Below, one piece after another: positions 12,801 to 24,800 of a DNA stretch of 64,000 nucleotides. Source of the DNA: Haliotis cracherodii (Eukaryota); assembly GCF_022045235.1 (NCBI RefSeq), contig NW_027266319.1, positions 34,968,001 through 35,032,000 of the forward strand, in the 5' to 3' direction. Position 1 is the stretch's first letter, and each line of letters starts with the position of its first letter. Under the pieces are notes generated by a model. That model made no database searches and had not been told where the DNA came from. It saw nothing but the letters and a program-made list of their open reading frames with translations. Made by a program: the position numbers and the translations under genes.

Positions 12801-15800
12801 GTTGTACCCCACAGCATGATCCAGCGGACGCTATGGTTCCAGTGTGGGTGTGGGTGTGGTCAGTGTAAGGGAGGTAACCACTGTGTCATGTTGTACTCCA
12901 CAGCATGATCCAGCGGACGCTATGGTTCCAGTGTGGGTGTGGGTGTGGTCAGTGTAAGGGAGGTAACCACTGTGTCATGTTGTACCCCACAGCATGATCC
13001 AGCGGACGCTATGGTTCCAGTGTGGGTGTGGGTGTGGTCAGTGTAAGGGAGGTAACCACTGTGTCATGTTGTACTCCACAGCATGATCCAGCGGACGCTA
13101 TGGTTCCAGTGTGGGTGTGGGTGTGGTCAGTGTAAGGGAGGTAACCACTGTGTCATGTTGTACCCCACAGCATGATCCAGCGGACGCTATGATTCCAGTG
13201 TGGGTGTGGGTGTGGCCAGTGTAAGGGAGGTTACCAGTGTGTCATGTTGTACCCCACAGCATGATCCAGCGGACGCTATGGTTCCAGTGTGGGTGTGGGT
13301 GTGGTCAGTGTAAGGGAGGTAACCACTGTGTCATGTTCTACCCCACAGCATGATCCAGCGGACGCTATGGTTCCAGTGTGGGTGTGGGTGTGGTCAGTGT
13401 AAGGGAGGTAACCACTGTGTCATGTTGTACCCCACAGCATGATCCAGCGGACGCTATGATTCCAGTGTGGGTGTGGGTGTGGCCAGTGTAAGGGAGGTAA
13501 CCACTGTGTCATGTTGTACCCCACAGCATGATCCAGCGGACGCTATGGTTCCAGTGTGGGTGTGGGTGTGGCCAGTGTAAGGGAGGTAACCACTGTGTCA
13601 TGTTGTACCCCACAGCATGATCCAGCGGACGCTATGATTCCAGTGTGGGTGTGGGTGTGGCCAGTGTAAGGGAGGTAACCACTGTGTCATGTTGTACCCC
13701 AAAAACATGATCCAGCGGACGCTATGGTTCCAGTGTGGGTGTGGGTGTGGTCAGTGTAAGGGAGGTAACCACTGTGTCATGTTGTAACCCACAGCATGAT
13801 CCAGCGGACGCTATGGTTCCAGTGTGGGTGTGGGTGTGGTCAGTGTAAGGGAGGTAACCACTGTGTCATGTTGTACCCCACAGCATGATCCAGCGGACGC
13901 TATGATTCCAGTGTGGGTGTGGGTATGGCCAGTGTAAGGGAGGTAACCACTGTGTCATGTTGTACCCCACAGCATGATCCAGCGGACACTATGGTTCCAG
14001 TGTGGGTGTGGGTGTGGTCAGTGTAAGGGAGGTAACCACTGTGTGACGTTTTTACCCCACAGCATGATCCAGCGGACGCTATGGTTCCAGTGTGGGTGTG
14101 GGTGTGGTCAGTGTAAGGGAGGTAACCACTGTGTCATGTTCTACCCCACAGCATGATCCAGCGGACGCTATGATTCCAGTGTGGAGGTGTGTGTGGCCAG
14201 TGTAAGGGAGGTAACCACTGTGTCATGTTGTACCCCACAGCATGATCCAGCGGACGCTATGGTTCCAGTGTGGGTGTGGGTGTGGTCAGTGTAAGGGAGG
14301 TAACCACTGTGTCATGTTGTACCCCACAGCATGATCCAGCGGACGCTATGGTTCCAGTGTGGGTGTGGGTGTGGCCAGTGTAAGGGAGGTAACCACTGTG
14401 TCATGTTGTACTCCACAGTATGTCCCAGCGGGCGCTATGGCTTCCAGTGTGGGTGTGGGTGTGGCCAGTGTAAGGGAGGTAACCACTGTGTCATGTTCTA
14501 CTCCACAGCATGATCCAGTGGACGCTATGGTTCCTGTGTGGGTGTGGGTGTGGTCAGTGTAAGGGAGGTAACCATTGTGTCATGTTCTACCCCACAGCAT
14601 GTTTCAGAGGACGCTATGGGTTCCAGTGTGGGTGTGGGTGTGGCCAGTGTAAGGGAGGTAACCACTGTGTCATGTTCTACCCCACAGTATGTCCCAGCGG
14701 GCGCTATGGGTTCCAGTGTGGAGGTGTGTGTGGCCAGTGTAAGGGAGGTAACCACTGTGTCATGTTCTACCCCACAGCATGTCCCAGCGGGCGCTATGGC
14801 TTCCAGTGTGGAGGTGTGTGTGGCCAGTGTAAGGGAGGTAACCACTGTGTCATGTTCTACCCCACAGTATGTCCCAGCGGGCGCTATGGCTTCCAGTGTG
14901 GGTGTGGGTGTGGTCAGTGTAAGGGAGGTAACCACTGTGTCATGTTCTACTCCACAGTATGTCCCAGCGGGCGCTATGGCTTCCAGTGTGGGTGTGGGTG
15001 TGGCCAGTGTAAGGGAGGTAACCACTGTGTCATGTTCTACTCCACAGCATGATCCAGTGGACGCTATGGTACCTGTGTGGGTGTGGGTGTGGTCAGTGTA
15101 AGGGAGGTAACCATTGTGTCATGTTCTACCCCACAGCATGTTTCAGAGGACGCTATGGGTTCCAGTGTGGGTGTGGGTGTGGCCAGTGTAAGGGAAGTAA
15201 CCACTGTGTCATGTTCTACCCCACAGTATGTCCCAGCGGGCGCTATGGCTTCCAGTGTGGAGGTGTGTGTGGCCAGTGTAAGGGAGGTAACCACTGTGTC
15301 ATGTTCTACCCCACAGCATGTCCCAGCGGGCGCTATGGGTTCCAGGGTGGAGGTGTGTGTGGCCAGTGTAAGGGAGGTAACCACTGTGTCATGTTCTACC
15401 CCACAGTATGTCCCAGCGGGCGCTATGGCTTCCAGTGTGGGTGTGGGTGTGGTCAGTGTAAGGGAGGTAACCACTGTGTCATGTTCTACTCCACAGTATG
15501 TCCCAGCGGGCGCTATGGCTTCCAGTGTGGGTGTGGGTGTGGCCAGTGTAAGGGAGGTAACCACTGTGTCATGTTCTACTCCACAGCATGATCCAGTGGA
15601 CGCTATGGTACCTGTGTGGGTGTGGGTGTGGTCAGTGTAAGGGAGGTAACCATTGTGTCATGTTCTACCCCACAGCATGTTTCAGAGGACGCTATGGGTT
15701 CCAGTGTGGGTGTGGGTGTGGCCAGTGTAAGGGAGGTAACCACTGTGTCATGTTCTATCCCACAGCATGTCCCAGCGGGCGCTATGGCTTCCAGTGTGGA

Positions 15801-18800
15801 GGTGTGTGTGGCCAGTGTAAGGGAGGTAACCACTGTGTCATGTTCTACCCCACAGAATGTCCCAGCGGGCGCTATGGCTTCCAGTGTGGAGGTGTGTGTG
15901 GCCATTGTAAGGGAGGTAACCACTGTGTCATGTTCTATCCCACAGCATGTCCCAGCGGGCGCTATGGCTTCCAGTGTGGAGGTGTGTGTGGCCAGTGTAA
16001 GGGAGGTAACCACTGTGTCATGTTCTACCCCACAGCATGTCCCAGCGGGCGCTATGGGTTCCAGGGTGGAGGTGTGTGTGGCCAGTGTAAGGGAGGTAAC
16101 CACTGTGTCATGTTCTACCCCACAGCATGTTCCAGAGGACGCTATGGCTTCCAGTGTAGAGGTGTGTGTGGCCAGTGTAAGGGAGGTAACCCCAGATGCA
16201 GTAAAACTGACGGGAGATGTAAGACCGGTTGTAAAGAGAAGTGGCAGGGAGCTCGGTGTGGCGGTAAGATACAAATATATACCCATCTAGATCTGATCTT
16301 CCGTTTTTCTACTGTACTCTGAAGTGCACGAAGGAGCAGGTACAGTTCTCCCAACTCTTAGAACATGTCTGAATGTTATTTGGCATGGAATACAATCTGA
16401 AAACATTATTGTTATCATCCTGCACTTTACGAATATTTAATTGAAGTATAGTATTCGTTGACTTCGCTAGATTCATAACTGACAGCCCAGGTTGTTCCTG
16501 TGGTCACCCGCTACACTTCTTCTTTGTTTGCAATTCATTACATTACACAAAAGGATATGATATAAATACAGTACCTTGCAGATGTGACGGCCTATCAACT
16601 GAAGCAAATCAAGAAATTCTTCTATCTGTCCATACTTTCTTCACAAATTCTGGCAGATTTAAACTTACAAAATACACCAAACCCTCACATATAATATATA
16701 TGTATCTTGTGTACGTTGTGTAGTACTTAATATTACGTATAACCCCATCATTCGGACTATCAAAACCGGACACTGCTGATCATACTTGATAACTAACCAT
16801 CAAGGTATTTTTGTGTAAATATTATGTATGTATACACCTTGACTATGTTTGTTACCTGAATTCTATGTAGGGAGGGGTATTCAAATAAGCGCTGTTTTCT
16901 TTGCCGATTCCAATTTTCATTTGAAATAAAAATATGTTTAAACCAAACAGGAAGAGCATAGAAACCTAAGTTACTGTTGTGTTAAGATACAGTCGTTAGA
17001 GAAACGTCTTGTTGTGTTCTCAGGAACATACTGTGTCAGGTGTAATTGCTCTCCTTTATACTGAAGACGTCTCCTTCTTTGTTTCCATCAGTACATAATC
17101 CTCAGACTAGACTGTGACACCAGGCTTCCAATAATCAACTGAGGTTCAAAGTCTGTGTATTTTTTTTATCTTTAGGAACACTTACGCTTGTCGAATGTCA
17201 AATATTTATGTTAAACTGGTATTGATCTATTTACAAAATTGTAAGAAAGCTAAAACGTAACAATACATTACGTTATTCTAGAGTCTGTCCGTCCGTAATC
17301 ATTTCATTTCCGGAGTACAACTCGAAAACCGTTCAATATCTTTCAACAAAACTTAGTAGATATATCACACAGATGCTGAAGTGGATTTTTGGCACTTTAT
17401 TTTTCTCGATTTCCCTGGAAACACTATGGACTTAGTCTCGAAAGGGTACGGGGTAGATGTCGTTTCCAGAGCACAACTTCAAAGCTGTAAAAGACTTTTC
17501 ATCAAAACCTGGTCCTTAGCAGAAACGGAAGTAGGTGTCGTTTCCGGCGCACAACTAAACAACTATTCAACATTTTTCATCCAAACTTGGTACATGTATA
17601 AATCAAAGGTTGAAGTGGTGCCTTTTGCTATTAAGATATTTACAAACTATTAATTTGTCCTGTTTCCATGGCAACAAGTTGATAGAAATTCTCTCTTCAA
17701 ATTCGACTTAAAAAGTAACAGAGGTTTTTTCATCTTTCAAATTTGTGGGGGTGGGGGAATTTGTCATCTTATGATGTTTACAATGGTTGGGTGATTCCGC
17801 TTGTAGGCATCAAGGGATGCCGGACAACACACACTGTTGCCCAAAGATATGAGGACTGCTCTGATTTCAGTATAACCACTTATGGTGACTTACAACAGGA
17901 ACTTTACTGTATGATATGTAATGACACTGACACGGATGAATAGTGGAATAATTATTGTCTGACAACAAACGAACCCATAACACTTTTTATTTTGTTGAGT
18001 TGAAAATACTTAGAACAAAACTTTTACAAGGAATCCCATACTCTTGTTTATTTTGTTGACTGTTATAGGTTGTCTTTACAAGAGCTCCGTCCTCTCATGG
18101 ATTGTTGACTGTTATGTGTTGTCTGTACAAGACCCCCCGTGGATGATTGACTGTTGTTGTTCCAGAGTGCAGTAACTTCTGGTTTGGTGGCCGATGTGAC
18201 AGGAAGTGTAAATGTAAGGATCCTTATGAAGTGTGTGTCAAGAAGACAGGTCAGTGTGTCTCTGGGTGTGAAGATGGACGGACAGGACTGGACTGTCAAA
18301 CACGTGAGAAGTGCAGTCGGGGTGATCACCTCCAGATGTCAAACCTATGTATCATATGCTTATGATGTGTATGTACAATGTAGAGTTGCAGTCACAACAA
18401 TCTTCAAAGCGTGTGTGACAATACGGGATGGGCAAAAAGCATGATGGATATTGACTAAGAGAGCATGTTTCAGATGTTGAGGAAACAAAGAGGATTGATG
18501 TTAAGCTCTTCTTTATATCCGACTATGACCTCATATATATTGGGGGTCACAATGGGGGTATGACGTCATAATATTGGTATGCGTCCTGTCGTTCCATTCG
18601 CTGGAATTATCTGCAGAAATTTTAAACTGAAAGATGACAATGCCAGACCACATCGTGCGCAGGTCTTCACCGATTATCTCCGACGAGGAGGCATACGGAC
18701 ATTGGACTGGCCCGCTATGTCCTCTGACATGTCCCCAATAGAGCATCTTTGGGATGTAAAGACTGTGTCATGTTCTAATCGACAGCATATCCCAGAGGAC

Positions 18801-21800
18801 GCAATGGGTTCCAATGTGGAGGTGTGTGTGTTTGTGTGACCAGTGTAAGGGAGGTAACCATTGTGTCATGTTCTAACCGACAGCATGTCCCAGCGGACGC
18901 TATGGGTTCCGGTGTGGAGGTGTGTGTGTTTGTGTGGCCAGCGTAAGGGAGGTAACCACTGTGTCATGTTCTACCCCACAGCATGTCCCAGAGGACGCTA
19001 TGGTTCCAGTGTGGGTGTGGGTGTGGCCAGTGTAAGGGAGGTAACCACTGTGTCATGTTCTACCCCACAGTATGTCACAGCGGGCGCTATGGGTTCCAGT
19101 GTAGAGGTGTGTGTGGTCAGTGTAAGGGAGGTAACCACTGTGTCATGTTCTACCCCACAGCATGTCCCAGCGGGCGCTATGGGTTCCGGTGTGGAGGTGT
19201 GTGTGGTCAGTGTAAGGGAGGTAACCCCAGATGCCGTAGAACTGACGGGAGATGTAAGACCGGTTGTAAAGAGAAGTGGCAGGGAGCTCGGTGTGACGGT
19301 AAAATACAAATATATACCCATCTAGATCTGATCTTCCGTTTTTCTACTGTACTCTGAAGTGCACGAAGGAGCAGGTACAGTTCTCCCAACTCTTAGAACA
19401 TGTCTGAATGTTATTTGGCATGGAATAAAATCTGAAAACATTATTGTTATCATCCTGCACTTTACGAATATTTAATTGAAGTATAGTATTCGTTGAACTC
19501 ATGGAATTCCTCATGGCAAACTGGTTATACTGTCCTGGGGAACAGACATACATTCGCTAAATTCATAACTGACAGCCCAGGTTGTTCCTGTGGTCACCCG
19601 CTACACTTCTTCTTTGTTTGCAATTCATTACATTACACAAAAGGATATGATATAAATACAGTACCTTGCAGATGTGACGGCCTATCAACTGAAGCAAATC
19701 AAGAAATTCTTCTATCTGTCCATACTTTCTTCACAAATTCTGGCAGATTTAAACTTACAAAATACACCAAACCCTCACATATAATATATATGTATCTTGT
19801 GTACGTTGTGTAGTACTTAATATTACGTATAACCCCATCATTCGGACTATCAAAACCGGACACTGCTGATCATACTTGATAACTAACCATCAAGGTATTT
19901 TTGTGTAAATATTATGTATGTATACACCTTGACTATGTTTGTTACCTGATTTCTATGTAGGGAGGGGTATTCAAATAAGCGTTGTTTTGTTTGCCGATCT
20001 CAATTTTCATTTGAAATAAAAATATGTTTAAACCAAACAGGAAGCGTTAGAGAAACGTCTTGTTGTGTTCTCAAGAACATACTGTGTCAGGTGTAATTGC
20101 TCTCCTTTATACTGAAGACGTCTCCTTCTTTGTTTCCATCAGTAAATAATACCTGGAACTAGACTGTGACACCAAGCTTCCAATAATCAACCGAGGTTCA
20201 AAGTCTGTGTATTTTGTATCCTTAGGAACACTTACGCTTGTCGAATGTCAAATATTTATGTTTAACTGGTATTGATCTATTTTGTAAGAAAGCTTAAATT
20301 TAACAATACACTTCGTTTTTCCAGAGTGCAGAGATGGTCACTTCGGAGTCAACTGTACCCAGTCCTGCCTCTGCCTGAATGTGACGGAGATCTGTGACAA
20401 GACCACAGGGGAGTGCAGGAGCGGCTGTGAGGCAGGCAGAACAGGGAGGGGCTGTCAGCAATGTGAGTTTACATAACGGCACTACATGTCGTGATATCCT
20501 GTAGTCAGGCAGGCAGAACAGGGAGGGGCTGTCAGCAATGTGAGTTTACATAACGGCACTACATGTCGTGATACCCTGTAGTCAGGCAGGCAGAACAGGG
20601 AGGGACTGTCAGCAATGTGAGTTTACATAACGGCACTACATGTCGTGATACCCTGTAGTCAGGCAGGCAGAACAGGGAGGGACTGTCAGCAATGTGAGTT
20701 TACATAACGGCACTACATGTCGTGATACCCTGTAGTCAGGCAGGCAGAACAGGGAGGGGATGTCAGCAATGTGAGTTTACATAACGGCACTACATGTCGT
20801 GATACCCTGTAGTCAGGCAGGCAGAACAGGGAGGGGATGTCAGCAATGTGAGTTTACATAACGGCACTACATGTCGTGATACCCTGTTGTCAGGCAGGCA
20901 GAACAGGGAGGGGATGTCAGCAATATGAGTTTACATAACGGCACTACATGTTGTGATACCCTGTAGTCAGTCAGGCAGAACAGGGAGGGAATGTCAGCAA
21001 TGTGAGTTTACATAACGGCACTACATGTTGTGATACCCTGTTGTCAGGCAGGCAGAACAGGGAGGGGATGTCAGCAATATGGTAACATAACGGCTCTACA
21101 TGTTGTGATACCCTGTAGTCAGGCAGGAAGAACAGGGAGGGACTGTTAGCAATGTGAGTTTACATAACGGCACTGCATGTTGGTATGTCGTGTCGAAATC
21201 AAGGAAGCAACCTTGCACCCGAGTCCCCAATATGTTATTTTGCAGTACATTGATTGTGTTTACTTTCTGTACCATAACTTTGAAACAAATCAGAACAAAT
21301 CTCCTAATGTATTTTTTTCCTCTTCTACATTCATTAATCAAAGATCAATGGAGTAACATTTTAGAAAACCCGGTATACTAACACCCGTTTAATTCTGATG
21401 GCCCGAATATGTCACTTATGCCTTCTACATGTTTTCATCTTGTGACTGTGTCACAGGTACTGGGTGTTTTTATTCTGTCGCACTTACAAATGTAATAAGC
21501 ATGAATCTAGATCTGAATGTTGGTATCAATGAATAAGCCACGTTTGCCATCCCGGTAGATTTTATTCAATGACAAGTAAAGGTCTTTATCATTGCCCTTT
21601 CTGTAGGGCGGTGTGGTCAGTGTGCAGGAAGGCATCTTAGATTCACGTCCATTTCGGTGTTCACCATTTCCCTTGCTGTATTCATATAGATCTGTTTTGT
21701 TTCAAGTATGCGAGTCCGACAGTTACGGCCTGAAGTGTGAAGGGCGGTGTGGTCAGTGTGTTGGTGGTCACAAGAACTGCAGTCCCTACAACGGCTCCTG

Positions 21801-24800
21801 TCACCATGGTTGTGAGGGCAACTGGGGAGGAAGTCGTTGTGGAGGTGAGTCAGCTTTTGTCACAAGATGTCTGTACTCTCTGAGTGTCCAGGACAGGACC
21901 ACACGTCATTGCTGCACATTAGAACAGATGTAACATAGCAAAATATAAGATAATGTGAGTGAGTGGGTGTTTTGGTGGGTAAGTGAATGAGTGAGTGAGG
22001 GAGGGAGGGAGTGAATTCTGTATGACCGGTCCCACAGATTATCGTATGATATATGACTAAAGACTGCCAACTGAACAATGAAATCATGATTTATAAGCTG
22101 ACAACAAGACTTAGAACAATGTCATGATCAAATCCGGAGGCACATGCTGCAGTAAACGTCCACTCATTAATATCCATATAATTTGTGATCATTCTATTCT
22201 AGATATAATTATACATATTTCCATTTACACATCCACATCACTATTTATATTTCTACTAAGGATTAGGATCTTCATGTGGAGGAGAGTGACTGACAAACAA
22301 TTGCCACAAAGAATTTGAAAAGAGTTCAATACTTAGGCGGAAACTTTTTTATTTTAGGTTACCACGACCACGGCAAAATTTGCCGCTTGGAAAAACAAAA
22401 TTTCAAAAGATATGCTTTTATTAGTACGCGACAATCAATGTGTCTATAAGAACACACACACAATAAACTGGTATACAGATACATAACAAAATATACAGGA
22501 AATATTGTAATCAAATAAATAGACATAAAACAGGAAATCCATCTGTTACACTCACGTGACAATTAGTCAAAAAGATTTGAGAATTTTTCCACAAAAAAGA
22601 GGTAGTTGATTTAGTTTAAGTTTCCTAACGACCGAAACTAAAATATATGAGCGTAATAGCACATAAAGTCTCGTCATAAAAAAGACTATTGAATTTGAGA
22701 AGGTGTGCGTATTGTCGTCTCAACGTAGCATGTCCACAATGTAAACGAATTGTGTCTACCACGCAGAGTGTACGGACCATTTCTATGGGGCTCTGTGCAA
22801 CTCTAGGTGTGGCCAGTGTCGTGGTAACGCCATCTGCAGCAAAACGTCAGGCGACTGCCCGGATGGATGTGAACCAGGATGGCAAGGGATGACATGTCAC
22901 CAAGGTATCACAGTCGTTTGCGTTTTGCATTGGATCAACTCAGAGACAATACGTCTTGCATCAAACAAACGAAGGTCCAATATTTCGGAAATATTTATTT
23001 TACTTAATTATGTGTCTGTAACTTTGTGCATTTCTTACATTCCACTATAACCCTTGTGATTGTTTGATTATGCCTGGTGGGGAAGAAGGATAGGCCGGCC
23101 TGCAATGGGACGGGCTCAATATGTCAAGGAGGTAAAAGTGGCTTTACTGTATCAATACTGGTAAACGAACTTTTGTTTGGTAGAAACGTTTTTCATACCT
23201 GCTCAAACAAGCAGTCGACTACATTGTGGTGTTTTATTGCCAACACTTTTAATGTGTCACAAGGGTGTAACCTTTTTCATAAATGAGTTTCTCAACAGCT
23301 TGACTATTGTCGACAGAATGTCACGAGGGCAGATATGGTGACGGGTGTTCTGAGACTTGTGGTCAGTGTGCAGGGAAGTGCAGCCCTGTTGACGGAACAT
23401 GTGATCAGGAGGGTTGCAGTGATGGGTTGGTGGGGCAGAGATGTGACGAAGGTGAGTGACCTGTAGTCAGGGAGGGTTGGTGGGGCAGAGATGTAACGTA
23501 GGTGAGTGAACTGTAGTCAGGGAGGGTGGACAAGGAAGAGATGTTATGTAGGTGAGTGACCTGTAGCCAGGGAGGGTGGACGGGGCAGAGATGTGACGTA
23601 CATGTGTAGGTGAGTGACCTGTAGTCAGGGAGGTGGACGGGGCAGAGATGTGACGTAGGTGAGTGACCTGTAGTCAGGGAGGTGGGCGGGGCAGACATGT
23701 GACGTAGGTGAGTGACCTGTAGTCAGGGAGGTGGACGGGGCAGAGGTGTGACGTAGGTGAGTGACCTGTAGTCAGGGAGGGTGGACGGGGCAGACATGTG
23801 ACGTAGGTGAGTGACCTGTATTCAGGGAGGGAGGTGGACGGGGCAGAGATGTGACGTAGGTGAGTGACCTGTAGTCAGTCAGGGAGGTGGACGGGGCAGA
23901 GATGTGGCGTAGGTAAGTGACCTGTAGTCAGTCAGGGAGGGTGGACGGGGCAGAGATGTGACGTAGGTACATGTAAGTGACCTGTAGTCAGGGAGGGTGG
24001 ACAAGCCAGATATGTGACGTAGGTAAGTGACCTGTAGTCAGGGAGGTGGACGGGGCAGACATGTGACGTAGGTGAGTGACCTGTAGTCAGGGAGGGTGGA
24101 CGGGGCAGACATGTGACGTAGGTGAGTGACCTGTAGTCAGGGAGGGTGGACGGGGCAGACGTGTGACGTAGGTGAGTGACCTGTAGTCAGGGAGGGAGGT
24201 GGACGGGGCAGAGATGTGGCGTAGGTAAGTGACGTGTAGTCAGTCAGGGAGGTGGACGGGGCAGAGATGTGGCGTAGGTAAGTGACCTGTAGTCAGTCAT
24301 TTTGTTTTTTAAATTATTTATTTTACTCAATTACTTTGTTTAACCTTTGTAAAACATAATTTTTTTCCTGCTGCATTTGTTACTAAGTCAGGAACTTTCT
24401 CCGTACGCGTATTATTCAGCTTATTGTCTGAGTCTTTTTCTTTAGCTTCATCTTTCCTCATTTCTTATAGTAAATTGTCATTCCTCTAATTTTTAGTTAC
24501 AGGATTTTCTACACTAGTTGTTCATTAATGAACCAGTAAAATGATTATTTATGCTTTGGTATTGATTTAGTGTAGGTTTTCTTGTAGGTTTTCATGTAGT
24601 TGTATCGTCTTTTATGTGGGTTTGATTCTCTCCGAGGGTCTTTAAACATAAAGTTTCCACATGCTCTAGTAAGCTATTTCTTTATTTTGGATTATTAACG
24701 CGTTTGTAGTTACAGGTATCCTTATTGCCATCTAATACCAGATTCCCGTCTCCACAAAGGATAAATCTCTCACTATCCAAGTCTTCTGTCATTTTTTAAA

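Larger units (their letters stand above)
17283..20324 (+). repeat. Segmental duplication: 17283-18753 copies ~8650-10323, ~18765-20324 copies the array end/exon D/intron to ~17282
   Basis: Long near-identical intronic stretches (9378-9545 vs 17780-17945; 16264-17250 vs 19299-20290). Confidence 0.9.

Noticed and set aside
12693-16191. CRISPR-like array or standalone metallothionein-like genes (180-244 aa ORFs)
   Set aside because: No unique spacers, eukaryotic context; ORFs are products of the exon-derived minisatellite
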